Positions 38,659 to 49,886 of a stretch of 64,000 nt of DNA are shown in pieces; within the stretch, counting starts at the first letter, position 1, and each line of letters starts with the position of its first letter. A program made the translations under genes and the position numbers. The notes beneath the pieces were generated by a model that saw nothing but the letters and a program-made list of their open reading frames with translations, made no database searches and was not told the DNA's origin. This stretch comes from Fimbriosthenelais zetlandica (taxonomy: Eukaryota), in assembly GCA_977030845.1 (NCBI GenBank), contig OZ365115.1:310001-374000 (forward strand), given 5' to 3'.

Positions 38659-38769
38659 TCAGATTAACATAATATTATTATCATTGATATATAGCCAGAT
38701 TGACAATTACAACTTTTATATGTGATTAAAAGGAAAGAGGTGAGTCAGATCAGCCGAGGAGTGGTGGAT

Positions 38770-39063
38770 CAGGCTGGGTGAGTTAGCTCACTGATCAGCC
38801 CAGGCGGGGTGAGTTAGCTCACTGATCAGGCCAGGCTGGGTGAGTTAGCTCACTGATCAGCCCAGGTTGGATGAGTTAGCTCACTGATCAGCCCAGGCTG
38901 GGTGAGTTAGCTCACTGATCAGGCCAGGCGGGGTGAGTTAGCTCACTGATCAGGCCAGGCGGGGTGAGTTAGCTCACTGATCAGCCCAGGCGGGGTGAGT
39001 TAGCTCACTGATCAGCCCAGGCTGGGTGAGTTAGCTCACTGATCAGCCCAGGCGGGGTGAGTT
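38770..39063. repeat. 31-bp palindromic tandem repeat, about 9.5 copies
   Basis: gggtgagttagctcactgatcagSccaggcK; contains GTGAG-TTAG-CTCAC and CTGATCAG. Confidence 0.93.
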
Positions 39064-39532
39064 TCTTTCTGTGTATTTTTGATTGTAGTTTTTGTGCAAT
39101 AATACTCAGCCCAGGGTTGGTTGGGCGCGGGGAGCGTGTTGGTGATTGGGTTTTTTGGGTCGGGATCGGGATCGGGATCGGGGCGGGGTGGGTTTTGGGT
39201 CGGGGTCGGGGTGGGTTTTGGGTCGGGGGCGGGTTTTGGGTCGGGGCGGGGTGGGTTTTGGGTCGGGGGCGGGTTTTGGGTCGGGGTCGGGATCGGGATC
39301 GGGATCGGGGCGGGGTCGGGGCGGGTTTTGGAGTTGGTGATGATTTTAGGGGTAGTTGGGAGGTGGGGTGGTTGTTGGGGGGTGTGGTGATGATTTTAGG
39401 GGTAGTTGGGAGTTGGGTTGGGTGAGGGGGTGGTTATTATTTTAGGGGTAGTTGGGAGGTGGGGTTAAGTACAGACCTGTGATCGTATTAACCTGTTAAC
39501 GTATACACACGTCATTATGCGCTACTAATACT

Positions 39533-39766
39533 TTATTATTATGTAACAGTCTGACCATTATTATGTAACAGTCTGACCATTATTATGTAACAGTCTGACC
39601 ATTATTATGTAACAGTCTGACCATTATTATGTAACAGTCTGACCATTATTATGTAACAGTCTGACCATTATTATGTAACAGTCTGACCATTATTATGTAA
39701 CAGTCTGACCATTATTATGTAACAGTCTGACCATTATTATGTAACAGTCTGACCATTATTATGTAA
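39533..39766. repeat. 22-bp tandem repeat, about 10.5 copies
   Basis: attattatgtaacagtctgacc. Confidence 0.95.
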
Positions 39767-40269
39767 CGATCTGAGACACTCGTGGCCTATAAGTCTGGAT
39801 CCATGCATTATATAATAGTCATCATAATATACATCATGTCTACACATTAATAAATAGTATTTATTATCGAGTATAACTCTACAGTAGATCTCTGTAACGT
39901 ACTCAGCCGTAGCCACTGTAACGTAACGACCATCCACACTCTATAGACGTAAGAAACCAACGGTAACACTGCACGACGTCGGGGGATGTAAAAATATCCT
40001 ACTTGTAGTATGACTTACTATTAAATAAATCCTGAAAAATGTTCTCATCGTACAAAGTATGAAAACACTGTATAAAGAGTTACAGAGTTACAGCAGGATC
40101 TGCTCCTGTAGGGAGAACTCCCTGTATAGATAGAAACCATTGTTTACAGGCAGATCTTACCATCTAGGCAGATCTGCCTCTGTGGGAGATCTACCACATT
40201 TACTTTAGGAGATCTGCCTATGCAGGGAGATTTGTAAGCCTAGGAAGATCTCCCCATGTAGATAGGCCT

Positions 40270-40595
40270 GTTTAGATTATAGATCTGAATGTTCTAGTTT
40301 AGATCTGCCTGTTTAGATTATAGATCTGCCTGTTCTAGGTTACATCTACCTGTTCTAGGTTAGATCTACCTGTTCTAGGTTAGATCTACCTGTTCTAGGT
40401 TAGATCTACCTGTTCTAGGTTAGATCTGCCTGTTTTAGGTTAGATCTGCCTGTTCTAGGTTAGATCTGCCTGTTTTAGGGTAGATCTGCCTGTTTTAGGT
40501 TAGATCTGCCTGTTTTAGGTTAGATCTGCCTGTTCTAGGTTAGATCTGCCTGTTTTAGGTTAGATCTGCCTGTTCTAGGTTAGATCTGCCTGTTG
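40270..40595. repeat. 20-bp tandem repeat, about 15 copies
   Basis: tagatctRcctgttYtaggt. Confidence 0.93.
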
Positions 40596-40799
40596 TAAGC
40601 AGACCCCAGCATCTATTTGTTGATCCTAGTGGAGGATTGTGATAATATAAGGAGTGAGTGGAGGTATATAATATACAGTTATTATAGATTATAGTCTATG
40701 TACAAGAGTCGGGCACTGGATGTGCGTATTGCAGTATCCCCGTATACAAACCTCCATCATGATGCGAGTAACGCCAGTAACGAATATACAACAAAATAC

Positions 40800-41145
40800 A
40801 TCTCAACCATCCCACCTCACGGCAGTAAAGATAGAACCATCCCACCCACGGCCAGAATGTAAGATCGAACCATCCCACCATCGGCCATGAAGAGAGATTA
40901 GAGCCATCCCACCTCACGGCAGTAAAGATAGAACCATTCGACCATCAGCCGTAATGATGGAACTATCCCACCATTAGCCTCAATGTAAAGATAGAACCAT
41001 CCCACCATTAGCCTCAATGTAAAGATAGAACCATCCCAAGGTTAGCCTCAATGTAAAGATAGAACCATTCTAAATAACGGCCAGAATGTAAGATAGAACC
41101 ATCCCACCATCGGCGATAAAGATAGAACCATTCCATCGGCCACAA
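40800..41145. repeat. Degenerate repeat of about 35 bp immediately 3' of the FN3 gene stop
   Basis: Recurrent gtaaagatagaaccatcccacc. Confidence 0.8.
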
Positions 41146-41182
41146 TATAAGATAAGATCTGTAAGTGTGTGCGTTATTAGAG

Positions 41183-41649
41183 TCAGTTTTCTCCTTGCAC
41201 GTATGTGTCAATGCTCCCTGTTTTCGTCCACACCTCCTCCTGGTTGAGGTCGTTAACACGTCGTACGTGGTAGTCGTATTTACTGTCAGCCTGTAGTCCC
41301 TCTAGGAGCACCATGGGCGCCGTGGTGTTCAGGTACCACACACGGTCACGTGCTCCAGACACGTGGTACGAGAACACGTAATGTGATTGGTCGATCTGTG
41401 AACACGTGACTGAGACTTCCGTCCACGAGACTACGGCTGATACGACGTGCTTGACGAACGTATGGAACTTAACGTTAGCCGTGGTGGTGTCTGACGTCTG
41501 GGACGCGTGGTCGTGGTGGTCTGACGTCACGTGGTGTTCTGACGTCACGTGGTGTTGTGACGTGTCGACGTTGGCCGTCTCAGGGTGGACGTCATCCTCA
41601 CTGTCTCCCGTCACTGTGGGCTGTAGCTGGATCTGAGGTTCACTCCGCT
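41183..41649 (-). CDS. FN3 gene terminal coding exon: His/Thr-rich linker plus divergent FN3 (VVSW...YVFSY...LEGLQADSKYDYHV), ending in TGA
   Basis: Acceptor aataattcag, phase 1; 155 codons to the stop; no hydrophobic TM stretch. Confidence 0.85.
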
Positions 41650-44600
41650 CTGAATTATTATAAAATAAAATATAAACTTAACTTAGAAAATACAAACTTA
41701 TATAACTCACAGAGAAAGCTTATACGAGAGCACATTAAAATCACTTACTGAGACAAACTGTCAGAGAGCTCATTAAAATCACTTACTGAGACAAACTGTC
41801 AGAGAGCACATTAAAATCACTTACTGAGACAAACTGTCAGAGAGCACATTAAAATCACTTACTGAGACAAACTGTCAGAGAGCACATTAAAATCACTTAC
41901 TGAGACAAACTGTCAGAGAGCACATTAAAATCACTTACTGAGACAAACTGTCAATCTCCTTCATTTACTCTAATATGAGAACTGAACTGGTTCATGTAAA
42001 GAACATTACGCTATCTATAGGTTGGCTGAATGAAGGTTTAGGTAGCAGTAATAACTAACCCGCTATCTCCCGGGCTAGGGTTGGGGTAGGGGTAGATTTA
42101 GGGATTTATTATATGCGCATTCCATCTGAAAGTGCCATATAGGGGGGTGCCATACGGTTTTCCGTATGGAACTCCCGTTCCATACGGACCGGAACTATTT
42201 TTTTCTTATGTGGCTTTAATTTACATTGGCCGAAATTGATTTTATCCTTCAAAAAACAAAAAAACAAAATAATTTTGACGCCTTTCTATGTAAAATCCTG
42301 ATAAATATATGACATTTGCCCGTTCACATTGATTTTCCATGAAAAACCAAACCAGTGAGTAGGCCTAGCCCTAGCCCCCACGCAGCCTAGCCCCAGATGA
42401 TGGGGCCTAGCCTATAGCTTCCCTGTGCCGTGGCAAGGGCCAGGCATGCCGCACATTGATATTATATATATTTTCCTCTCTAAATTTAGTGTCCATGAAA
42501 AAATCTCAAAAGTTAGGCCTAGATAGAGCACCCCCATGCAGCCTAGATAGGCCTAGAGGCTAGACATAGCCTGCCCGTAGCCGTAGGCTTCCCTGCAGCT
42601 GCACTGCAGTGTCACTGTCAGTGACAGTGGCTTCCCGCATCAATTTTACCCAGCACCCAAAATCAAATTCGACCATCAGCATATTTTCCTATGAAAAAGT
42701 CTTAAAACCAATGAGTCCAGTGTAAAGGCCAGCCCTTCTTATCCCTGTCATGGCATGATGAAGGACGGTAGGTGAATTTCAATAGTGTTTGATCGTGGTT
42801 TTCAAGAGTGAAAATCATAAAGTAGCGATATCGCCGCATCGGACGTTGCGATCACCTAATATCGCCCGCCTATTTGTTATTATTTTGTCGTGTTAGTATC
42901 AAAGCTGCTAAATCCAATGCAGAAAAACAATTTCCCATACCTTTTTACACCGGCCTGTGAAGTCTAAAAAATATCTAGCTAGCTTTTACTGAGTTATTCT
43001 GCCAATTGTTTAACGGGCGAGCGGAGTGGATGGCGATGGTTGAGGGCGACTTGTTGACATTGGTAACCAAGACTTGACAAGGGCAGGTCTCAAAAAAAAA
43101 ATGTGCTGGTCTCAAAAAAAGGGCAAGTCTAAAAAAAAATTAGCTAAGTCTTGATGTAAAAATGAATAAAGTATTCATTTAAATAGCGCATATAATAAAA
43201 TAGAAATGGAACTCGACAGCAATATGGCGGGAATAATGGCACTCATCGTTTGTGCGGATGAATATGGGACTCACCTTCGGTTCGTCCCATATTCATCCGC
43301 ACAAACGATATCGTGCCATTATTCCCGCCATATTGCTGTCTCGTTCCATTTCTCTATTATATGGAGGTTGTAGTAATAATTCAATTCAATTCAATTCAAT
43401 GCCTTAATAACTAACCGGCTTTCTCCCGGGCGGGCCGGGTGCGCTTGGCGGGGGGTAACACCTCTAACTCATTAATGTTCACTTTAGGTTCCGTCGTGTC
43501 TTGTTTGGCCTCCAGCTCGGCTCGGCGGAAGGCGCGGGCCATCTCTAAACTGAGGTTATCCCACGGCTGGGTGCTGGCGGGGGTTGTGGCCTACAAATAC
43601 AACACATCACATTACATTCATTATCATTAACTCAAACACTCTACACTACTCTGTCTGTTTAGTCTCATCTTTTATTGACCAACGTTTCGGCAGAGTTTTG
43701 CTTCCTCAGGGACTGCCTGTTAATGAATTAAATAATTAATTAAAATAATTAATTATTTAAGTAAGTAACAGGTGAGGTATCAGGTGTGTAATAATAAGTT
43801 CTATAGAGGAGAATAAAAGCTCGAGGTGGAATTAATGACTTATAGACTAAAGGTGCACATGAACCCCGAGAAAGAGGAATTAATGAAGGCAGCAGTATAT
43901 GAATGGATGTAAAGAGTAATGGAGGTCTATATATAAAGGTGCATGAGACAGATGTGTGAAGCTAGGATTAATGTGCTGGCCATATATACAGCTATTATAC
44001 AGCTTATATACGGCTTATTATAAACAACAGCCAAGTTATTAAGATAACCCTACCCCATACCCCCAACCCCTACCCCATACCCCCAACCCCTACCCCATAA
44101 CCCTACCGCCACCATGCTTAATACAACCCTACCAGTCCTGGCACCTCCACAACCACCACCATCCCCACTCCCAAGCACAACCCCTACCCCCAGTCTCAAC
44201 CCAAACCCCCCAGTCCCCCCCCCCCCGCCCCGCCCCCACCCCCACTACATGCAGGCCTAGTGGTGTATTAGTCTTATAGTCCTACCTCTGTGTGATAACT
44301 TCTTACCATCGTGTACCCCGCCCCGCCCCGCCCCGCCCCGCCCCGCCCCGCCCCGCCCCGCCCCGCCCCGCCCCGCCCCCTACCCCCCCCCACTACATGC
44401 AGGCCTAGTGGTGTATTAGTGGTATAGTCCTACCTCTGTGTGATAACTTCTTACCATCGTGGTGGTCGTCTTGTCCTCCTGTTCGGCTCGTATACCCGTG
44501 TAGAACTCCTCCGTGTCTGACCACGGACCGTAGCCTTTAGAGTTAATGGCCTGCATGCGGACCCCGTACACCAGGTCCGGGAGCAGGTCCGTGAGGACGT

Positions 44601-45785
44601 GGCTGTAACGGTGAGCCTCTATACGGACCGTAGTCCAACTCACCTCCGACTGAGCCGGCAGGGGCGCGTACGATAACATGTAGGCTGAAACAGGCGGATA
44701 AAAACAGGTAAAAACAGCTAAAAACAGGTGAAAATAGGGGATAAAACAGGTAGAGGCAGGGGCGCGTACGATAACATGTAGGCTGAAACAGGCGGAAAAA
44801 CAGGTTAAAATAGGTGAAAACAGGTTAAAATAGGTGATAAAACAGGTAGAGGTAGAGGGGCGTACGATCATCCAATAAGGTATATTCCCGATAGGGTTTA
44901 CTGCTTCAATTCGTCATCATTCCTTTATTTAGCCACTGCATTTTTTCAACAAAATGACTTCTATTCAAGAAGCAACTCTTTGTATGGTTAACAGCAATAT
45001 GAGTATAAGTACAAGTAGTTCTCGTTCTCACCGGTGAGGTCGCCGTTGGCGTGTTGTGGCGGCCTCCAGCTGACCAGCTTGGTGGTTGACAGGTTAGATT
45101 CACTCACGTGCAGGTCGTCAGGCGGCGATCCCGGCGCTGAAGATAAAAATTAACACTAAACAACATACTGCTCAATGCCACAATCTACTGTTACTGATCA
45201 TAGAGGCAATATGAAGGGCGATTCTCATCTTGCGGTTCACGCAAATCTAATTGCCTTCCTGCGGTTGCAGTGTATAACGCAAACTTTAGTTGTAAGCAAT
45301 GAAAACCCAAGCTGCAATGCCTCAAGTACAGCAATCTGCGATTGCAAGGAATGCAAGGCAATCATCCTCAGTGGAATTACCACAAAACCTTAGTAGAATT
45401 ACACACAAACGATTTATTATGATTTACTCGATGAAGGGAAGACAAAAACACCCCAAGAAAACCCAGCAGAACCAAAATGAAGCCAGCAGAACCAAGATGA
45501 AGCCAGCAGAACCAAGATGAAGCCAGCTGAACCAAGATGAAGCCAGCTGAACCAAGATGAAGCCAGCTGAACCAAGATGAACCCTGCTCTCTCCCTGACC
45601 TATCACAATACTTGATAAATTATGTGCAAATGTTTATGTGTGTATTTTTGTTTTCTTAAAGCCTCTTAAGCTATTTTTCACTCTTTAGACACAGCGATAG
45701 GCGGAAGATCATGGTACTGTCATTTACGAATGCTCTGTGAGCCTATATTGTTATGAAAACTTGATGTGCTGTATAAATATGTTGA

Positions 45786-45821
<36 letters not shown>

Positions 45822-46129
45822 AGCTGAACCAAGATGAAGCCAGCAGAACCAAGATGAAGCCAGCTGACCCGCGGCGTACGTGTCATTACGGGTACTGACC
45901 TGCCTCGTACGTGGAGTTGTAGTTACTGATGCTGTAGGCCGTAGACTGTCCTTCTTTATGTGTGAGAACTTTAAACTCATACGTGGTGTGAGGTGAGAGG
46001 TGGTAGAGGACGACGTTTAACATCTTTACTGTGACTGTCCGCGTCTCTCCCTGCGGCATGGGGGTGTAGGACACCACGTAATACCTGTAATGTTAACACG
46101 TTAGACACGTTATGACACGTATAATGTAA

Positions 46130-46163
<34 letters not shown>

Positions 46164-49100
46164 GGTTTAACGTCACTTTTGAACATTTTTTCAGTTATAT
46201 CATGACGGTGCCTACTTGTGACAGTGAGCCCAATGCTCTTTTATAGTGCTGCCTCACTGAGGTATCATGTCGCAGGCACATGACATGATATCTCACCCAG
46301 TCACATTATACTGACACCGGGTTGACCAGTCCTAGTACTGTCCTCTTTTTGCTGAATGCCAAGCGAGGGAGCCACTAGTTACAATGTATAAGACACCACG
46401 TATTAACACATTATAATACAAAGGTTTTTTTGTTGTTTTTTTAAATGTATTTGTTATATGTCTATTCATACAGGTTACGGTGCTGATGTGCCTCCCGCAG
46501 AACATTTTCTTTGAAAACAAACAAAATGATGCTACATGACATTGAAATAAAACATTGTATTACAATATGATCAAACATGACATAAATAAGATGAGGTGGA
46601 GAAAACGCTCAATAAAAACAGCTGAGTAAGCAGTAAATTACAGCAAATCTTACAACAAGAGAAGCCCAAACCAAGCGACAACCACAATCAGTCTATCTAT
46701 GAATATATATCCACCACACCCAATAATATTCATAGATAAACAAGATTATTAAAACAATAATTAAAATATGATGGTGCAAAAAATATTTAGAGAAACTTCA
46801 AGGCTAGTGGGTTACATATCCTAGTAGTTCAATGTAGATTACATTTTAAGTAAGTTTGTAGTAGGTCTATGTATATGGTTGTAGTAGGCCTATGTCATGT
46901 ATAATACTTTATTAATATTTATCTCACCTGTTATCAGTGACTTTCTGAGCGCGCCCTAGTGACGGATCAATCCACTCTAACCACACGGTGTGAGGTGAGA
47001 GAACACGTGACCTCAGCCCGATAGGTGGCGTGAGGGGGCCCACGGTAGGCGCTACAAGATGATATATCATTATTAATTAACATTAAATCATTAAACAAGT
47101 AACGAAATGTTTCTCTTCCATCTACCCTAACATGGCCTTATACACGCCTCTCACCACATACAGTCATACACCAGTCCTAGTTCTCTAACATCCCACCAGA
47201 TGGCGTGTATGTGCTGTAGGAAGGTGCAGCTAGTAGTTCACTAGTTTACCATGAGAGGGCGCCACCGTACTGAGACTACATGGAGGGGACTCGTAGAGGT
47301 AGGTGGCTTCAATAGGCCAATCTTTCATATAGAGCTTTATCTTCACAATTAAAACAATCTTTATACGAGTATGTCCTGCCCCTTTAAAGAAACATGGTTC
47401 ATTCATCTTTTCTCTGCCTATTTCTTAACTTATACATCTATAATAATGTCTTTCCACTACATGTAGTATTGTTAAATGTGTTAAGCCCTACCCCTGGCTT
47501 CACCCTTTAACATAGTCGTTACATTTAAAGTTACCAGTACTCAGATTGAACATTATGCCGGGCCCACACAGAGGCGATTTTCCCAAGCGATGCAGCGCGA
47601 TAGTATATTTCTTTAACTGTTCTTTACACAGTTGTTTACACCTAGGTAAGGCTAACCACTGACAAAATTACAAGCATTGGGTGTGACTAGAATCCTACTA
47701 TCGCTCTGAATCGCTTGAGCAAATCGCCTGTGTGTGGGCCCGGCTTTATAGAGAGTAGAGTGAATACATTACCGTCCTCCTCCCGCGTGTAGATGAGGTC
47801 GTACACTACCGGGCCCTTCCCGAAGTTGTTGAAAGCCCTCAGACTGATGACATACTGTGTCGAGGGCTCTACAAGGTAAAACACAGGCCATGAGTCCCCC
47901 ACACACAGACAGACACACAGACAGAGATCAAATATAGCTTAACCTTCTACAGCCAAAGTAAAGTGGTGCATGGTGCCAAGCAATAGTGGTGGTGATGGTG
48001 GTGGTAGTGGTGGTGGTGCAGCCTTAAAAATCTCCAAAAAAATATCATCAAATTTCACCAGCCAATGCAACTTGTGTAGGTCAAAATGGGGCAGAAAAAT
48101 TCTAAAGCCACTGCATCCAAAAATGTTTAAAAAAATAGTGTCATTGGCGAGAAGACACTGAAGTAGCTTAGTACTCACTAAGATGTCTAATGGCAAAAGT
48201 CCGGGTGACAGCTGACAGATACTGCCACTTTGTTCTCACCAAACTCCCTACATCCAAAAGAGAAACGAGTACATGAAAAACTCCCCCACTGTATTCACAC
48301 AGTACATCAAAACGCCCCCACTGTATCACTGTATCACTGTATCACTGTATCACTGTATCACTGTATCACTGTATTGATGGGGAAACAGGACGAGATCTCA
48401 GGACAAAGTTGGCTGGTGGAGGTATGTCAGGTACAGACTGTATGCCAGGCCTTCCTCTCAAATTAAACACGTTAAACACGTTAAACCCTCAGCCCTGGTC
48501 TCTATTAAGGTTCATCAAGGCTGGGATATGAACCATCAAGGCTGGGATATGAACCATCAGGGCTGGGATATGAACCATCAGGGCTGGAATGTGGGTATTT
48601 AGGCTCATTATTTGGTCAGCCAGACTGGGCGGAGGCTGGGCGAGGTTTAGGGAGGCTAGGAGAGGTTAGTGGGGGCTGAGAGGCTTTAGGAGGCTGGGAG
48701 AGGCTTCAGGAGGCTGGGAGAGGCTTCAGGAGGCTGGGAGAGGCTTTAGGAGGCTGGGAGAGGCTTTAGGATGCTGGGAGAGGCTTCAGGAGGCTGGGAG
48801 AGACTTCAGGAGGCTGGGGGAGGCTTTAGGAGGTTGATGGAAGCTGGCAGAGAGTCTGTATATGACATACGAGGGCTTGTCGGGACTGTTGATTAGTTTC
48901 TCATTGTTACTTTATTCTGGTCTGATTGCTAGTTGTCTGCGGTGTTTGTAGGATGTAACTATAATGTAGAAATATAGCACATACTTACCTGGTAATGTCA
49001 ATGATTATACTCATCTAACCCATGTCAGGTCAATAATTATACTCATCTAAACCATGTCAGGTCAATGATTATACTCATCTAACCCATTATACCTCATACA

Positions 49101-49845
49101 GACACGGGGCCTGGCGTATTATACATCTAACTATGGTCAGACAGATTCAATATGGGGAGAAGGGGAGGTGAGAGAGAAGCTGATGTACACGTGAATTAGA
49201 GGCGTCTAGGGTTTCATTGGTTGAAGGTGAGTGAAGGCTTCCCATCATACAACACCAGGACGTGTAACCATGGAGAGGCGCGGGTGCTGCCACCTGGTGG
49301 TTTAACCTGACACCAACCCTCACATCACTCACACCGCCGCAGACTTGATTGGAAAATGTCAGACGCTAACAAAAGTATTGTGAACTGGTGGCATGTAGGT
49401 TGCCTCCCCCTAACACCGCATCTCACGACCTCCCCCCGACCTCCCCACCTCCCCCCGACCTCCCCCGATCACCCCCGATCACCCTCCCACACCTACATTC
49501 CTACTACATTCATCTCTTTATAATTCTCTCTCCTCAACTATAGAATCTACACTACTGTATGTGGCTTTAAGTGGTACTATAATGATCTCATCCACCCACA
49601 GATCAAAATATATCACCCACAGATCAACCCACCCCAAACATCCTCAAATAATCTCAAATAGTCAGAGAAAAATCCACTGAACCTCGAAGAAAAGATGAAA
49701 GTAGAATACTGTACTTCCCCATGCTGTAACACTGAGTAAAGTGAGGGTAAACTATGAGTAGAATTTACTGAATGTAGAAACATTAGAACAGCAAAAGGTC
49801 AGCACCAGGTAGAGAGAGGGGAGAGAGAAATGAACGGAGAGAGGC

Positions 49846-49886
<41 letters not shown>

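Noticed and set aside
48981-48992. ATACTTACCTGG, identical to the U1 snRNA 5' end
   Set aside because: Only 12 nt match, with no U1 stem-loops or Sm site; it is simply the reverse complement of a consensus donor.
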